Shown: positions 26,608 through 37,984 of the stretch, piece after piece
Layout of the letters: every line of letters begins with the position of its first letter
Position numbering within the stretch: position 1 is the first letter of the stretch
DNA from: Andalucia godoyi And28
Taxonomy: Eukaryota; Protista; Jakobida
Assembly (NCBI GenBank): GCA_009859145.1
Contig: VRVR01000005.1
Span: 444,848 to 508,847 of the forward strand
Direction: 5' to 3'
DNA length: 64,000 bases
The notes under the pieces: model-generated
What the model saw: the letters and a program-made list of their open reading frames with translations, nothing else
The model's database searches: none
Told to the model about the DNA's origin: nothing
Translations under genes and position numbers: made by a program

Positions 26608-29118
26608 ATGATCGGCACAGCTACGGGAGGTGGTGCAGGACACCCCTGTCGAGGTAACGGGTCTCCGGATCCCCGGCCCACAGGAATGCTTGCACGAGTC
26701 TTGTGTGCAGTGGGTCTTGCAGCACTCGCCATTGCATGTTTGTTTGCATCGGGAGGGTTTCCGCAGCGCCGGGGAGAATCGCCGGGTACAGTCAGCAGCA
26801 CGGGAACCGCTGGCTCTCTGCAGCTGACGTGGATGACCAGTGGGGCTTCCGGCGTGCGCCAACAGTCTGTCGTTCGTGAACAGCGGCGGGCCAAGCCGAG
26901 CACCGCCGACCATCGCGTACCCGTCGTCAATGCAGCTGTTTCGACGATTTCGAGGACACTGGCCAGCGCAAACTATTTCGAGGTCTTTGATTCCAAGTCA
27001 GGTTCGTACGCGAAGATCTACTTGCATGGTGCGAATATCGGTCTCTCCACGCCGGGCCATGACCCTGGTGCTATTTCGCTGACGTACGACGACTGCTTGC
27101 GGTACTTTGGATACATTCGGGATCTCCATATGAACGCAATCCGCGTGTACATCCTCGTCAACACGGATTTTTACAGAGCCCTTCGAGATCACAACACCAT
27201 CTTGCATCCGGAACACCCAATCTATCTTGTGCAGGGAATCTGGAGTCCAGAGGACGAAAAGTTTGCTGCGTCTGCCAAAAACGGAGGGAATGGAGCAGAC
27301 GTCTGGGACAGCGCCATCACCGCCAAGTTCGAATTTGAAGTCGACAACACCGTCCGGGCCGTTCACGGGAACTTTTCGACGCGGCCATACCCTGGCCAGC
27401 CCGGAGGCGACTTCACTGCGGACGTCAGTCCGTGGACAATCGCGTGGATTATCGGTTCTGAATGGGACCCAAGTTCCGTCATCTACACCAACCAAGTTCA
27501 CACCCCAAACTCCGTGCGCCAGGAATTAAGGTTTTTGGCAGTTCCCGACACACCGTCAGTAACGGCATTTGACTGGTGGCTGGCCCGCATAGCAGAACGA
27601 ACTGCAGCACTTGACAACACATACGGCACCCAGAGGGCACTCGGATTTATGAACTGGGTCTCTACGGACTGGATTTCGCATCCTGACGATGCTGCCGAAG
27701 ACCGAGTTACCGTCGACCCAACGCACATTCTGGCCACAGACCTGTGGACTGGAGGCGTCTTTGCCACTGTGAACGCATATCCGTACTATCCGGATGCCAT
27801 CAAATGGGAAGGATATGAAGCATATCTGAAGCGCCTCAAGGCAGCACTGAACGGGAAGATGGCTCTGATGATCTCAGAGGACGGACTGCCGACGTCTCTG
27901 GGGATGGCTCACGAGGGTCCGGACGGGCGGAACCACGGGCACGTTCACGAGGGTGTTCAGGGTGTGGAGATCGTGAAGATGATGGGTGCAGTGCGAGACA
28001 ACGGATACGTTGGTTTCTTTGTGTTCTCCCTTGTCGACGAATGGTTCAAGCGAACTTGGAACGTGATGTCGCTGGAAATACCAGCTGAAAACAGGCGGAA
28101 ATGGCTCAATGTACTGTCAGCAGAACAGCTGTTCGGCATTGTCGCCGCCGAGCCAGCAAACGCCGTCTATGTTGACGGGATTTGCGACAGCCAGTGGCAG
28201 AACCGCACTTCGCTCTCTGTCTCGAATGACGAAAACGTTCGCATTACCTCGGACGAAGGGTACATATACATTTCGATTCGGAATGCGGGGGCCCTGGGGA
28301 GCCGATTCTCCATCGGACTTGAAGTGAATCCCAACAATGGTGCACAGGTTGGCACACTGCACGGTCGCCACGAAGATCCCAGCGCGCTTCAGCAGTCTCT
28401 GCGTTTCTCAAAGCCCGTCGACATCATCATTGACTATTCCTCGACTTCCAATTCGCTAATTTTGTATGCCCACAGTTCTCTGGACTTCTTCTCCAGAGCA
28501 CACAGTGAGGAATACGGCTGGCCCATGTACCTCGGGCCACAAGATTTCACAGTCTACACAATTGCAGCCACGATTCCACGGATGGAGGGCTCCAAGGGAA
28601 TCCTCCATCCTGCAAAAGCCGATCATGCCGGAGAAATGACACGCGGCACAACGAATCCCAACGATAATTCATTCTCGAATCTTGCACTGTGGAACATCCA
28701 AGGTGCGGGTTGTTTTGAAGCACGCATTCCATGGGCAATGGCAGGCGTCGCGGATCCAAGTTCCAAACAGGGATACTTCATACAAGGAGTGGGAAGAGGT
28801 GGCAGCGTGCCGCTGAGCTATTCGTTGGCAAACGGAATCGGTGTCGAAGTTGTTTCCGCAACGAACCCAACAAGCACGTCTCTGCAGTACAACTGGGAAG
28901 CCTGGGACGCTCCGAACTTTATCGAAAGGAAGAAGAAGTCCTTTTCCATCATCAGCGATTACATCGCGAAAGACCTGGGGATTGGAGCGGCTGACGGTGG
29001 TGACGAGGGAGGAGGACAGCAAGCACCGAACCCATCCCCGAGTGCTTCCAACTCAGCTACCATGATCTTGTCCCTTGCATCCGTGATCGTCAGTTCGCTG
29101 CTGGTTCTCCTGATGTAA
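26608..29118 (+). CDS. Bacterial-type TIM-barrel glycoside-hydrolase-like protein, N-terminal TM/signal and C-terminal GPI-like signal
   Basis: YLHGANIG...PGHDPG, MNAIRVYI...FYRAL..HN...PIYLVQGIW, WIIGSEW, VNAYPYYPD, MISEDGLPTS, VFSLVDEWFKRTWN resemble a bacterial family recalled as associated with exopolysaccharide loci; hydrophobic N-terminal helix and C-terminal S/A-rich spacer plus hydrophobic tail. Confidence 0.65.
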   Translation: MIGTATGGGAGHPCRGNGSPDPRPTGMLARVLCAVGLAALAIACLFASGGFPQRRGESPGTVSSTGTAGSLQLTWMTSGASGVRQQSVVREQRRAKPSTADHRVPVVNAAVSTISRTLASANYFEVFDSKSGSYAKIYLHGANIGLSTPGHDPGAISLTYDDCLRYFGYIRDLHMNAIRVYILVNTDFYRALRDHNTILHPEHPIYLVQGIWSPEDEKFAASAKNGGNGADVWDSAITAKFEFEVDNTVRAVHGNFSTRPYPGQPGGDFTADVSPWTIAWIIGSEWDPSSVIYTNQVHTPNSVRQELRFLAVPDTPSVTAFDWWLARIAERTAALDNTYGTQRALGFMNWVSTDWISHPDDAAEDRVTVDPTHILATDLWTGGVFATVNAYPYYPDAIKWEGYEAYLKRLKAALNGKMALMISEDGLPTSLGMAHEGPDGRNHGHVHEGVQGVEIVKMMGAVRDNGYVGFFVFSLVDEWFKRTWNVMSLEIPAENRRKWLNVLSAEQLFGIVAAEPANAVYVDGICDSQWQNRTSLSVSNDENVRITSDEGYIYISIRNAGALGSRFSIGLEVNPNNGAQVGTLHGRHEDPSALQQSLRFSKPVDIIIDYSSTSNSLILYAHSSLDFFSRAHSEEYGWPMYLGPQDFTVYTIAATIPRMEGSKGILHPAKADHAGEMTRGTTNPNDNSFSNLALWNIQGAGCFEARIPWAMAGVADPSSKQGYFIQGVGRGGSVPLSYSLANGIGVEVVSATNPTSTSLQYNWEAWDAPNFIERKKKSFSIISDYIAKDLGIGAADGGDEGGGQQAPNPSPSASNSATMILSLASVIVSSLLVLLM

Positions 29119-29650
29119 AAGACACATTCGAATCAGTAGAATTTCTCACATCATGATGTTTCCTGCGTTTCGTAAAGCTCATTTTCTGATCGCCAGGCCT
29201 TCCAACCTTTTCATCCTCGACTGGGACCACCGCCACGCAATCTTTTGCCATGCGAATCTGCTTTCTGTGCCTGCGCTCCATCTCATCTTCGTCGTTGTCG
29301 TCGTCTTCAAAAACTACTGGCTTCTCCCGAATGCGCAATACCTGAGCCGCCTGATGCGACAATCCAGGCTTGTCCGAAGCCGTCGAAAAAAAGAACGATG
29401 GCACAGACGGTACCAATACGGTGGATGACGACGCGGACGATGCGGGTGAGGAGAAGGGTACGGTGGAAGATGAGGAACCATCTTGGAAGAATGGGGGCGA
29501 TTTAGAAGAAGCCGTGTGCCCAGCCGCCGTACGTAACTTTCCGTATAGTGCCTCCACAAACAACTGTTGATCCAGAAGGGCAGATGTCTGTGGATCAAAA
29601 GAAGCATCTAAATGTCGCTTTGCGTCTCGAAGCGTTGGGCCATACATCAT
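29090..29650 (-). CDS. Hypothetical protein (low complexity), 3' end overlaps the GH gene by 29 nt
   Basis: 186 aa ORF with ATG start, located between the GH gene and the NDUFV1 promoter. Confidence 0.4.
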   Translation of the reverse strand: MMYGPTLRDAKRHLDASFDPQTSALLDQQLFVEALYGKLRTAAGHTASSKSPPFFQDGSSSSTVPFSSPASSASSSTVLVPSVPSFFFSTASDKPGLSHQAAQVLRIREKPVVFEDDDNDEDEMERRHRKQIRMAKDCVAVVPVEDEKVGRPGDQKMSFTKRRKHHDVRNSTDSNVSFTSGEPAAN

Positions 29651-30065
29651 TCACAGACCATCGCTATATCAACCCAAGCTTTCTTCTTTCTTTCGCCCCC
29701 AGCTCAATAAACAAATCCCAAACCAATGATGAATAATAATAATTAAAAAAACTCAGTCCAAATCCCAAATCAAAGGAATCATTATCCAAACAACCATAAG
29801 GACCTCTGGCGTCGTGCTACTCAAGCATTTGAGTGGGCTGGCTCGCTTGCGTGCAAATAAGGGGAAAAAAACCCTTGTGAGTCCGTTTTTGTATTGTGCA
29901 GGCGTGCTGTGTGAACCCTAGTTTCTGATGCTTGTCTCGTTTTTTCGTGCAAAACAGAAAACCGGGGGAAATAAAACAATATTGAGCAAGATCTGTTTCT
30001 TATTGTCCAATTTTTTTTCACATTCTTTTCCCATTGGTTTTTTGTTTTTTGTTTTCTTCTTCATT

Positions 30066-30171
<106 letters not shown>

Positions 30172-30191
30172 ATCTCTTCTGTGTGTTCGAA

Positions 30192-31631
30192 ATGGCAGTT
30201 TCTGGTGCCCTGCGCAGGTCTGTCCTTCGCACGGCTCCGCGCTCGTTGTTTTCGACTGCGCCTCCAACTGCAGCATCCACCACACCCGCAGCACCAGCGG
30301 CACCAGCGGCACCCGTAAAGACAAAGTTTGGCGACTTGTCGGATGAAGATCGTATTTTCACGAATCTCTATGGGGAGCGCGACGTGTACATTGAGGGGGC
30401 TCTGAAGCGTGGAGACTGGTACCGGACCAAGGACCTGCTTTCCAAGGGAGTGGACTGGATTTTGGGCGAAATGAAGGCGTCAGGACTTCGCGGTCGTGGA
30501 GGTGCTGGATTCCCCTCTGGTTTGAAATGGTCGTTTATGCCCAAGGTTTCCGATGGTCGTCCCTCGTATCTAGTCGTGAACGCAGACGAGTCGGAGCCAG
30601 GCACGTGCAAGGATCGTGAGATTATGCGCCATGACCCACACAAGCTTGTGGAGGGCTGCTTGGTTGCCGGCTTTGCAATGCGCGCCAAAGCTGCCTACAT
30701 TTACATCCGCGGTGAATTCTACAATGAGGCGTTGGTGCTGGAAAAGGCAGTCGCCGAAGCATACGCAAAGGGGTTTCTGGGTAAGAACGCCTGTGGCAGT
30801 GGATACGACTTTGATGTGTACATCCATCGTGGAGCAGGTGCGTACATCTGCGGAGAAGAAACTGCACTCATCGAATCCCTTGAAGGCAAGCAAGGCAAGC
30901 CCCGTCTGAAGCCGCCATTTCCCGCGAACGTTGGGCTGTACGGATGCCCGACCACCGTTACAAACGTGGAGACGGTGGCGGTTTCCCCAACGATCCTGCG
31001 CCGCGGGTCATCCTGGTTTGCGTCGTTTGGCCGCAAGAATAATGCGGGTACCAAGTTGTTTGCAATTTCAGGACATGTGAACCGACCGTGTGTCGTGGAA
31101 GAGGAGATGTCTATTCCGCTGCGAGAGCTCATTGAAAAGCATGCAGGTGGTGTTCGCGGTGGATGGGACAATCTGCTGGCCGTCATTCCTGGGGGTTCTT
31201 CTGTGCCGCTGCTGCCAAGGAAGGTCTGCGACGACGTTCTCATGGACTTTGATGCGCTTCGAGACGTGCGCTCCGGTCTTGGAACCGCTGCTGTCATGGT
31301 CATGGACAAGTCGACCGATGTTGTCAAGGCCATCGCACGCCTATCAAAGTTCTATAAGCACGAATCCTGCGGACAGTGTACTCCGTGCCGAGAGGGTACT
31401 GGCTGGCTGATGAACCTCATGGACCGCATGGTTGCCGGAAATGCTGAAATGGAGGAAATCGATATGCTGGAGGAGGTCTCGAGACAAATCGAAGGACACA
31501 CCATTTGCGCTCTCGGTGATGCTGCTGCATGGCCCGTGCAAGGCCTTATCCGCCACTTCCGTCCGGAAATGGAGGCTCGCATCCGTCAATACAAGACGAG
31601 CCAACAGGCCACCTTGTCTGCAAAGCACTGA
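30192..31631 (+). CDS. NDUFV1: NADH:ubiquinone oxidoreductase 51 kDa subunit (complex I), with mitochondrial presequence
   Basis: [81 protein letters not shown]. Confidence 0.99.
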   Translation: MAVSGALRRSVLRTAPRSLFSTAPPTAASTTPAAPAAPAAPVKTKFGDLSDEDRIFTNLYGERDVYIEGALKRGDWYRTKDLLSKGVDWILGEMKASGLRGRGGAGFPSGLKWSFMPKVSDGRPSYLVVNADESEPGTCKDREIMRHDPHKLVEGCLVAGFAMRAKAAYIYIRGEFYNEALVLEKAVAEAYAKGFLGKNACGSGYDFDVYIHRGAGAYICGEETALIESLEGKQGKPRLKPPFPANVGLYGCPTTVTNVETVAVSPTILRRGSSWFASFGRKNNAGTKLFAISGHVNRPCVVEEEMSIPLRELIEKHAGGVRGGWDNLLAVIPGGSSVPLLPRKVCDDVLMDFDALRDVRSGLGTAAVMVMDKSTDVVKAIARLSKFYKHESCGQCTPCREGTGWLMNLMDRMVAGNAEMEEIDMLEEVSRQIEGHTICALGDAAAWPVQGLIRHFRPEMEARIRQYKTSQQATLSAKH

Positions 31632-32017
31632 GACACATATGCACAATGAACACAATACAATTACAAGAATGAAAAGACAAACAGTACCATGACCCATGTT
31701 TCTTTCCGGATTCTTTTTTCCAATTTTTTATTAAAAAGATATTGTTCCCTGTGTCATGTCATTTCCATATCATATCTGCAAGAGTGTTCGTGCGGGTGGT
31801 TTGACCAACTGCGAAGGCTAGGCCAGAGACACTGCGAAAAAAACGACGGGGGACTTTTAATTCTGTGCATTGGAATACATTGATGAACACGACAACGCAA
31901 ACGCAGAGCTAGAAAAGCAATAATAACAATTATCATCATCATCATTATTAATAAACAGAAGAAGAAAAAAGAAAGAAATAAGCCACAGTGTGTACAAATT
32001 TGCGAGTGGATGTCCAA

Positions 32018-32647
32018 TTACATGAAATCATCATCAAGCGACCTGCCGGCGTTTTCCCTGTTGGACATCATACGGTCCTCATCATTGAACATTCCTTGAT
32101 AGTTCTTTTGTGCTGCCAGTTTCCTACCTTCCTCGATCCTTTTTTTTTCTTCGTCCTTCTCCTTTAGCCTTTGTTGATGCTCAGCCTCTCTCTGACGCCT
32201 GTCGCGATCGATCCGTTCTTGTGCAAGATTCGGGAACTTCTCTTCCTTTGTCTTGTTAAGCCGCTTCAGGGCTTCCTTGTCTGCCTCCACCGGGCCCAAA
32301 TATCGCACAAGTCTGCCATTATGAAACGAAACCTGTCCAACTTCCATATCTCCAGTCTTTTTCAAATTCGACGCCGGCGTGTACACCACGCGAACCGACG
32401 CTTCCTTGCAGCCCTTGATGGAATTAGCCTTGGTGAGCTGTGCACATTCCGCAACCACCGAATCCGGAATTCCATCAAACGTCTCTCCCTCTCGTAATCG
32501 GACATAGACGTGCGCAGAAGATAGGTTGTCGACATGAAACCAAATGTCTTCCGGCCACGCATGCTTTATCAATTCCTCATTTTCAAACTTGTCTTTGCCC
32601 ATATAATACATGTAGCCTGTCTCACTCGACACGAAGAAGAACACCAT
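32018..32647 (-). CDS. CCDC25: Coiled-coil domain-containing protein 25 (NFACT RNA-binding domain)
   Basis: MVFFF...[37 protein letters not shown]...[12 protein letters not shown]. Confidence 0.95.
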   Translation of the reverse strand: MVFFFVSSETGYMYYMGKDKFENEELIKHAWPEDIWFHVDNLSSAHVYVRLREGETFDGIPDSVVAECAQLTKANSIKGCKEASVRVVYTPASNLKKTGDMEVGQVSFHNGRLVRYLGPVEADKEALKRLNKTKEEKFPNLAQERIDRDRRQREAEHQQRLKEKDEEKKRIEEGRKLAAQKNYQGMFNDEDRMMSNRENAGRSLDDDFM

Positions 32648-33226
32648 GATACCGCGCGCTGATGCAAAAAAGAGAGGACTGTCCTCAACGTAACGAAACA
32701 CAAAAAGCAACGGAAGAAGAGCTGCAAAATCAAAAATAATAATGAATACAAATGAAATCAATTGCACGGGTCGGTTTTGTGCGAGCTTTGCGGAGGGCAG
32801 CGGTTTCTTGCATCAATTCGTGTTCGGTGGTATCACTCCATTCCATTTTCTCTGGTTTCCTCAACAGCATTCCCAAATACAGTCCTCAAACGCATAACAA
32901 CTCTCCGCGCATTTTTTGGGCTCGCATGCTGCTGCGCCTTGGACATATATATATTTGAAATAAAATGACTTTTCCAGATCAGCACGGACACCCATCCAAT
33001 GAAAACCTTTGAGTGGGACATCCGTGGGGTCTGAGCATCCATACAGAAACAGTCCATTTTTCGTCGGAGGTCGACGGCTGTCAACTCAGCCCTACTGTCC
33101 GATAAAATCACGACCGTCCACAAGACGTTTGGGTTGGAGGGTAGTAACACGCAAAGAGATTGAGGTTTTTTTCATTTTCAAAGTGTTTTTCATTTGGGTC
33201 TTCTTTTTTCCTCCCTTCGTCTTCAA

Positions 33227-34267
33227 ATGGGATCAGAGTTGGACTGTCCCCTATGTCACTTGTCATTTGAGGACTCGGTGGTACTGAGTCTGCATGTGAA
33301 CCAAGTGCATTTTCCCGAGGACGCGGCACTCTCCGAGACCTCGGACCTCTGCACGACGACTGCTGCTCATGTGCCATATTTTCAGGAATCAGGCGCGAGT
33401 TGTTCTTCGTCCTATTCTCTTTTGCCGCTTCTGCAGACTCTTCACAGTTCATGGTCGAGCTCCAGCTCCAGCCACAGTCACAGCCAAAGAACTGCATTTG
33501 TTCGGACGCCGTTTGTGCATTACCGGTCGCTTCGAGGAGAAGATCAGGGATGGGGCTGTGGTTTTCGCAATCTGCAGCTTCTTTTCTCTGCTCTATTGCG
33601 ATCACCTATTCTGCAGCACAGGCTTTTTGAAGGTTTGAATGCAGTGCCGTCGATTGAATCCATCCAAGTGGCTGTAGAACAAGCCTGGAGAGCGGGTTTT
33701 GATCGGGCGGGATGCGAGCAGCTTGGAGGATCTTTACTTGGCACACGCACGTGGATCGGCGCTACCGAGGTGTACGCCCTGCTCACTTATTTTGGAATCG
33801 ACTGCACAATTGTCGATTTCGTGAATGTTGCCACCCGACCACTTGCAATGATGGAGTATTTATGGGACCATGTGCTGACGGACGCACAACGCAACGCATT
33901 TCCAATCTATTTTCAGCACGACGGGCACTCTCGGACACTGATAGGCGTTGAAAAACATCTGGCGGCATCGACGGCTTCCGGTGCTGGGGAGTACAAGCTG
34001 CTGCTGGCGGACCCCGGGATCGGTGCCGACGAAGCGTACGAAGCAGCACTCCGAGAAAAGGGTCTTCGAGCAATGCCCAGTCTTCGAAGGCGCATTCGAA
34101 GCATCTCGCGAAAGGGGCAGTATCAAATTGTGATCGTCAAGGAACGGGTGCTTTCCGATTCAGAACAGCAAGCACGTAAAATCGTGCGGTCCATTCGAGT
34201 GGACTGTGTCGAACGAGGCACGCTTCGCAGGTACGATTTATCCGCTTCCCAAGCCCCGCCCTATTAA
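33227..34267 (+). CDS. ZUP1: ZUP1/ZUFSP-like peptidase C78 deubiquitinase with one N-terminal C2H2 zinc finger
   Basis: CPLC...H...H finger; GWGCGFRNLQ (catalytic Cys), QAWRAGFD, WIGATEV, YFQHDGHSRTLIGVE, LLLADP. Confidence 0.85.
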   Translation: MGSELDCPLCHLSFEDSVVLSLHVNQVHFPEDAALSETSDLCTTTAAHVPYFQESGASCSSSYSLLPLLQTLHSSWSSSSSSHSHSQRTAFVRTPFVHYRSLRGEDQGWGCGFRNLQLLFSALLRSPILQHRLFEGLNAVPSIESIQVAVEQAWRAGFDRAGCEQLGGSLLGTRTWIGATEVYALLTYFGIDCTIVDFVNVATRPLAMMEYLWDHVLTDAQRNAFPIYFQHDGHSRTLIGVEKHLAASTASGAGEYKLLLADPGIGADEAYEAALREKGLRAMPSLRRRIRSISRKGQYQIVIVKERVLSDSEQQARKIVRSIRVDCVERGTLRRYDLSASQAPPY

Positions 34268-34609
34268 CGGCTTCGGAATCGCACATCCTGCATTATTTAT
34301 GTTGCGGTTCCATGAGCCTGCTCGTCGTTCGTTTTCGCCGTCTTGGTTCTCCACGCATTTCGTGGCCGCTGAGACGAAATTGAGCATCGTCGTGCATCAA
34401 TGTCTGCAGAATGGCAGGTAAATTGGTGGTGTTTACAACCTTCAGGGCACGGAATTGACTGCCGCCCTTTCTCACGACCCCGACGTTTTCTAAAGCATGT
34501 CATGATGTATGCCCGCCATCTGATCAAGGCATATCAATTCGAGCCATGTGTATCGGGACAAGAGAGAAAAAAGACCTCATGCCCTATTTCAAGCTGGCGT
34601 TTTTCGATT

Positions 34610-34830
34610 CAAAAGTCCCGTACGTCCGGGATGGTTTTGAAGGGCTAGCGGCGGATTCGATGCAAGCACGCCAGACGCTGTCGTGGGGGGTTGCCGTTGT
34701 GAATTTTCAACAGCGACTGTTGCACAGTGCACACGAGTTCAGGGGCTTCCAAGTCAGGTCGCCGTCGTCATGGAAGAATGCACTTCCAAGACAGGCAGAC
34801 TGTGTGGTGGCATGATGCAGGCGCTGCTCA
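34610..34830 (+). pseudogene. Heavily degraded Fanzor2 nuclease fragment
   Basis: Across three frames: KSRTSGMVLKG*RRIRCKH / ARQTLSWG...FQQRLLHSAHEF / QVAVVMEECTSKTGRLCG, collinear with the Fanzor2 pattern TS.MV...RRI..KTARQML.WSH..FRQRLLHKA.E...V.IVTEEYTSKTCG.CG. Confidence 0.7.
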
Positions 34831-34881
34831 GTCCAGCCGATTTCGTTTCGTGTAGTGATGAGAAACACGAATTTCGACATG

Positions 34882-34917
34882 CAAAACAAAACAAAACAAA
34901 ACAAAACAAAACAAAAC

Positions 34918-34946
<29 letters not shown>
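34882..34946. repeat. (CAAAA)n pentanucleotide repeat
   Basis: About 13 direct copies immediately after the Fanzor remnant. Confidence 0.97.
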
Positions 34947-34950
<4 letters not shown>

Positions 34951-35290
34951 ATAATAATTATAATGATTATCATAATTCCCGATCCTCAGAACGCTCACTG
35001 ATCCACTGTCAACGTTCACGTGAAATGAAAATGAACGATTGTTACTGCTTTCAGTTTTTGCTTCCATTTTTTAAAATAATATATATTTTGTGGTTTCTCT
35101 GTCTTGTTCTTGGTTTCCCCTTTTCTTGATCATCCGGACGTTTTCGTATATATATTTTTTGATTTTGATTTTGATTTTTTTAAGTGTTAAATTGGCTGTT
35201 GTTGGTTGTGGGTTGCTGGTTGTTGTTTTTTTAATTTTAGTTTTTGGTTTTTTCTGTCTGCTACTGCATTTTAGTAGAATTGTGAGATTG

Positions 35291-36043
35291 ATGCAGCGGA
35301 CGGCTTTTATGTGCCCCGTCTGTTGGGAAGAATTTACTCCAGAGGGTGATCGTCAAATGGTCGGATTGAAGAGCTGCGGCCATGTGTTTTGCCAGCCGTG
35401 TGTCAATCTTCTGTCGCAACGAGCAGCCGCAACACCCGCTCCACGAAGCAAGGCCAACCAGGCCGAGTGTCCTGTGTGCAAACAGTCCTTTCATTCACAG
35501 AAGGATCCACGACCGTTGTTTGTGTCATCCACAGTATGCCCCGTCGAGGCTCCTCCATCCGATCAAATCAATCGACTGACCGATCAGTGCAAGTCACTTG
35601 GTCGCGAGTGTGTGGAGCTGCGGTTTCAGGTCCGTTCGCTTACAGAATCCCTGCGAAGATCAAAGTCGAAGCTTGCCGCCGCCGCTGTCGCTGCTGCCTC
35701 GCACGCACACACAAAGTCGCCTAGCCGACATCCAGCGGCAGTCTTAAACGGCCATTCTTCCAAGCAACACACTGCCAGCAGTAGCCGTGGCGGCACTGGT
35801 CTTACCGATGCAAGTAGAAAAAGCAAGAGGAATCACGGCGATCTGGTCGAGGTGGTTGATGATGACTCGGGAGATGCGATTGGACGGGAATCGCATGGAC
35901 CGCGGGAATCGAAACGACCGCGAATTCTGTCTGCGGATCCAATAGACATTACCGATAGTTCGCCTTCACGTCCGTCGGCGTCGTCCAGCAGCAGCGTCGA
36001 CAAGCATTCGAGACCAGCTGCTCGAGCCGTACGTGCAACATAG
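35291..36043 (+). CDS. RING-finger (C3HC4-type) protein with coiled coil and low-complexity tail
   Basis: CPVCWEEF...LKSCGHVFCQPCV...CPVCKQ; start at ATG 35291. Confidence 0.8.
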   Translation: MQRTAFMCPVCWEEFTPEGDRQMVGLKSCGHVFCQPCVNLLSQRAAATPAPRSKANQAECPVCKQSFHSQKDPRPLFVSSTVCPVEAPPSDQINRLTDQCKSLGRECVELRFQVRSLTESLRRSKSKLAAAAVAAASHAHTKSPSRHPAAVLNGHSSKQHTASSSRGGTGLTDASRKSKRNHGDLVEVVDDDSGDAIGRESHGPRESKRPRILSADPIDITDSSPSRPSASSSSSVDKHSRPAARAVRAT

Positions 36044-36249
36044 TCGGTGAAATTTCTCTTGCTTTCTCTTCGTGTTGTTTATTGTTTTTTTCTCATCCCG
36101 TGGTGTAGAAGTGTACATTGTCCTTACATGGATGCGTGTACCATCGTCTTTTCATTTCCTACACATACCTTCATATACACACCCTCATCCGGTGTTTTTT
36201 TGTTTGTTGTGCAATCAGCTTCGTTCCTCGAAAAGCAACGGCACTCCAA

Positions 36250-37755
36250 TCATGCGAGCTGAGGATGCTTTTCACGCTGTCGTTTGGGGGATCGTTGAAC
36301 TTGATCGCGATCTTCACTCCGAACGGTGTCGTCTTCACTGATGTCCTCTCGTCGCAAGCTGGGTCTGTCATTCAAGACTAGCTTCTGGACCTGGTCACCA
36401 AGCTCTTCAAGAACAGCGTATTGATCATCCGGAGTCATCTTGTCAAGAGCCGAGCTTCGAAGGTCATCGCGAGATCCCATTTCGGTTTCCAGCTTTCCAA
36501 GCTCGGCCGCCAGACTGGCATCATCGTCACCGTCAAGTCCGAAATCCAAACGGTCCATGGCAGCTTGGACCGAGTCCAGCAGCACTTCCGCATTGGCCGT
36601 GTCTTCTTGCAGTTGCTCGACGTCCACATCAGCTAGCAGCCGTTTGATTTCCCCGCCAGCAGCAATGGAAGCATGGAATGTTTGCGCGTCCGTCAGCGCC
36701 TGATGCGTCTTCAGTGTAATTTCTTCTACTCTCAGGATACGACTCTGCAGTTGATCGATTGCAGCTTCTTCTTGTCGAATGCGATGCAGCACCATTTTCG
36801 CTTTCGCTCGCTCATGCGGTCTCTCACACTGTTTGCATCCTTCAAACTCTTGTCGATATCTCGCGAGAGCTGCTTCGTGCCCCTCAAGGATGGTTACCAT
36901 TTTCTTGGCTATTCTTTCCAATCGGAAAATCTCAAGTTCAGTCTCGATTGTGGCGGGGTCGTGGCGATCCGGCGGCGACTTCTTTGAGCCATCATTGCTC
37001 ACTATAAATTTAACAACACCTGACTCTGAGTTCTCTGCATCTGGATACTGCACCACGACTGCCTTTTTCTTGTCGACAAGCATTCGAATGACCGCAATGG
37101 CGTCCTCCGGCGAACTCGCGAAATCCAAGATTTCCGAAAACGAAGCAAATGCAAATGATCTGCGAAGCGGATATTCTGTCTGTATCCAAGAAAGGACGTT
37201 TTGGCCAATCATCTCGGCCGCTTCAATAAACAGTGCTCGGGACCGACCATTTCGAGCTCCTGCAACAGGGGATTTCGTAAAATCCTGCAGATCCAACGAC
37301 GGCCGTGAAGACGACGTATCTTGCAGTCTGGCAGTCGAAAACTTCCAGACACTGGAAGCAATGGATTTTGCAGAAGAGTACACCGCGGTAGGAATGCCGA
37401 GAGCGATATTCGATAGTGAGTAAGAGGACGGCTTGTCTAGCGTTGCAAACTGTGAAACATCCGCAAACGACCCCGAAAAAAACATCCAGTCCACAAGCTC
37501 TGCATGCACCGGACATGCAACTCCAAGCTGCTGAAACAGCTCGTTGGATCTAGATACATCGAGAATGCACATTTTGTGGAAGCAGCACTTTTCAAGGAGG
37601 ATCCTCTTCCATTTCTTGGAATTCGGGTGAACGACGTGATCAAACGGGCCGACGACCGCGAAATAGCTGATGAGAGACTGTGATTCCGGATAGTCATAGC
37701 ACGCCCCAGAAGCACGAATTCTCTCCACAAGCTCCACAGGATCCGAGCGCCACAT
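36250..37755 (-). CDS. CHMP7-like ESCRT-II/III hybrid protein (N-terminal winged-helix-like part plus Snf7 domain)
   Basis: N-terminal ...KKWKRILL..C..HKMCIL region; C-terminal Snf7-like coiled coil RAKAKMVLHRIRQEE...LRVEEI...DAQTFHA...GEIKRLLADVDVEQLQED; 501 aa. Confidence 0.6.
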   Translation of the reverse strand: MWRSDPVELVERIRASGACYDYPESQSLISYFAVVGPFDHVVHPNSKKWKRILLEKCCFHKMCILDVSRSNELFQQLGVACPVHAELVDWMFFSGSFADVSQFATLDKPSSYSLSNIALGIPTAVYSSAKSIASSVWKFSTARLQDTSSSRPSLDLQDFTKSPVAGARNGRSRALFIEAAEMIGQNVLSWIQTEYPLRRSFAFASFSEILDFASSPEDAIAVIRMLVDKKKAVVVQYPDAENSESGVVKFIVSNDGSKKSPPDRHDPATIETELEIFRLERIAKKMVTILEGHEAALARYRQEFEGCKQCERPHERAKAKMVLHRIRQEEAAIDQLQSRILRVEEITLKTHQALTDAQTFHASIAAGGEIKRLLADVDVEQLQEDTANAEVLLDSVQAAMDRLDFGLDGDDDASLAAELGKLETEMGSRDDLRSSALDKMTPDDQYAVLEELGDQVQKLVLNDRPSLRREDISEDDTVRSEDRDQVQRSPKRQREKHPQLA

Positions 37756-37984
37756 GCTCTTCTTTCTTGGGTTTATTGTTGCCGTTGTTGGGAATTGCGA
37801 AAATGAATCAGGACGTTTTCACGAAAGCACCGCACAAAGCGAAATGATGACGACGATTCGTGTCCGCCAAAAAAAATAAAATAAAAAGGAGGATTCTCGT
37901 GCCTCAAATGAACGTTAAGGAAGACTACGGGCGGAAAAACGAAACGCCAAACGTTCACGGCAGCGATATACTGCGTCCATACGA

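Noticed and set aside
32770-33180. Protein-like fragments in the CCDC25/ZUP1 intergenic region
   Set aside because: Stop-interrupted, with no recognisable family or repeat partner in the window
34400-34609. Possible upstream extension of the 34610 Fanzor remnant (HDPDVF resembling RuvC-I DPG)
   Set aside because: Only a three to four residue resemblance across stops and frameshifts
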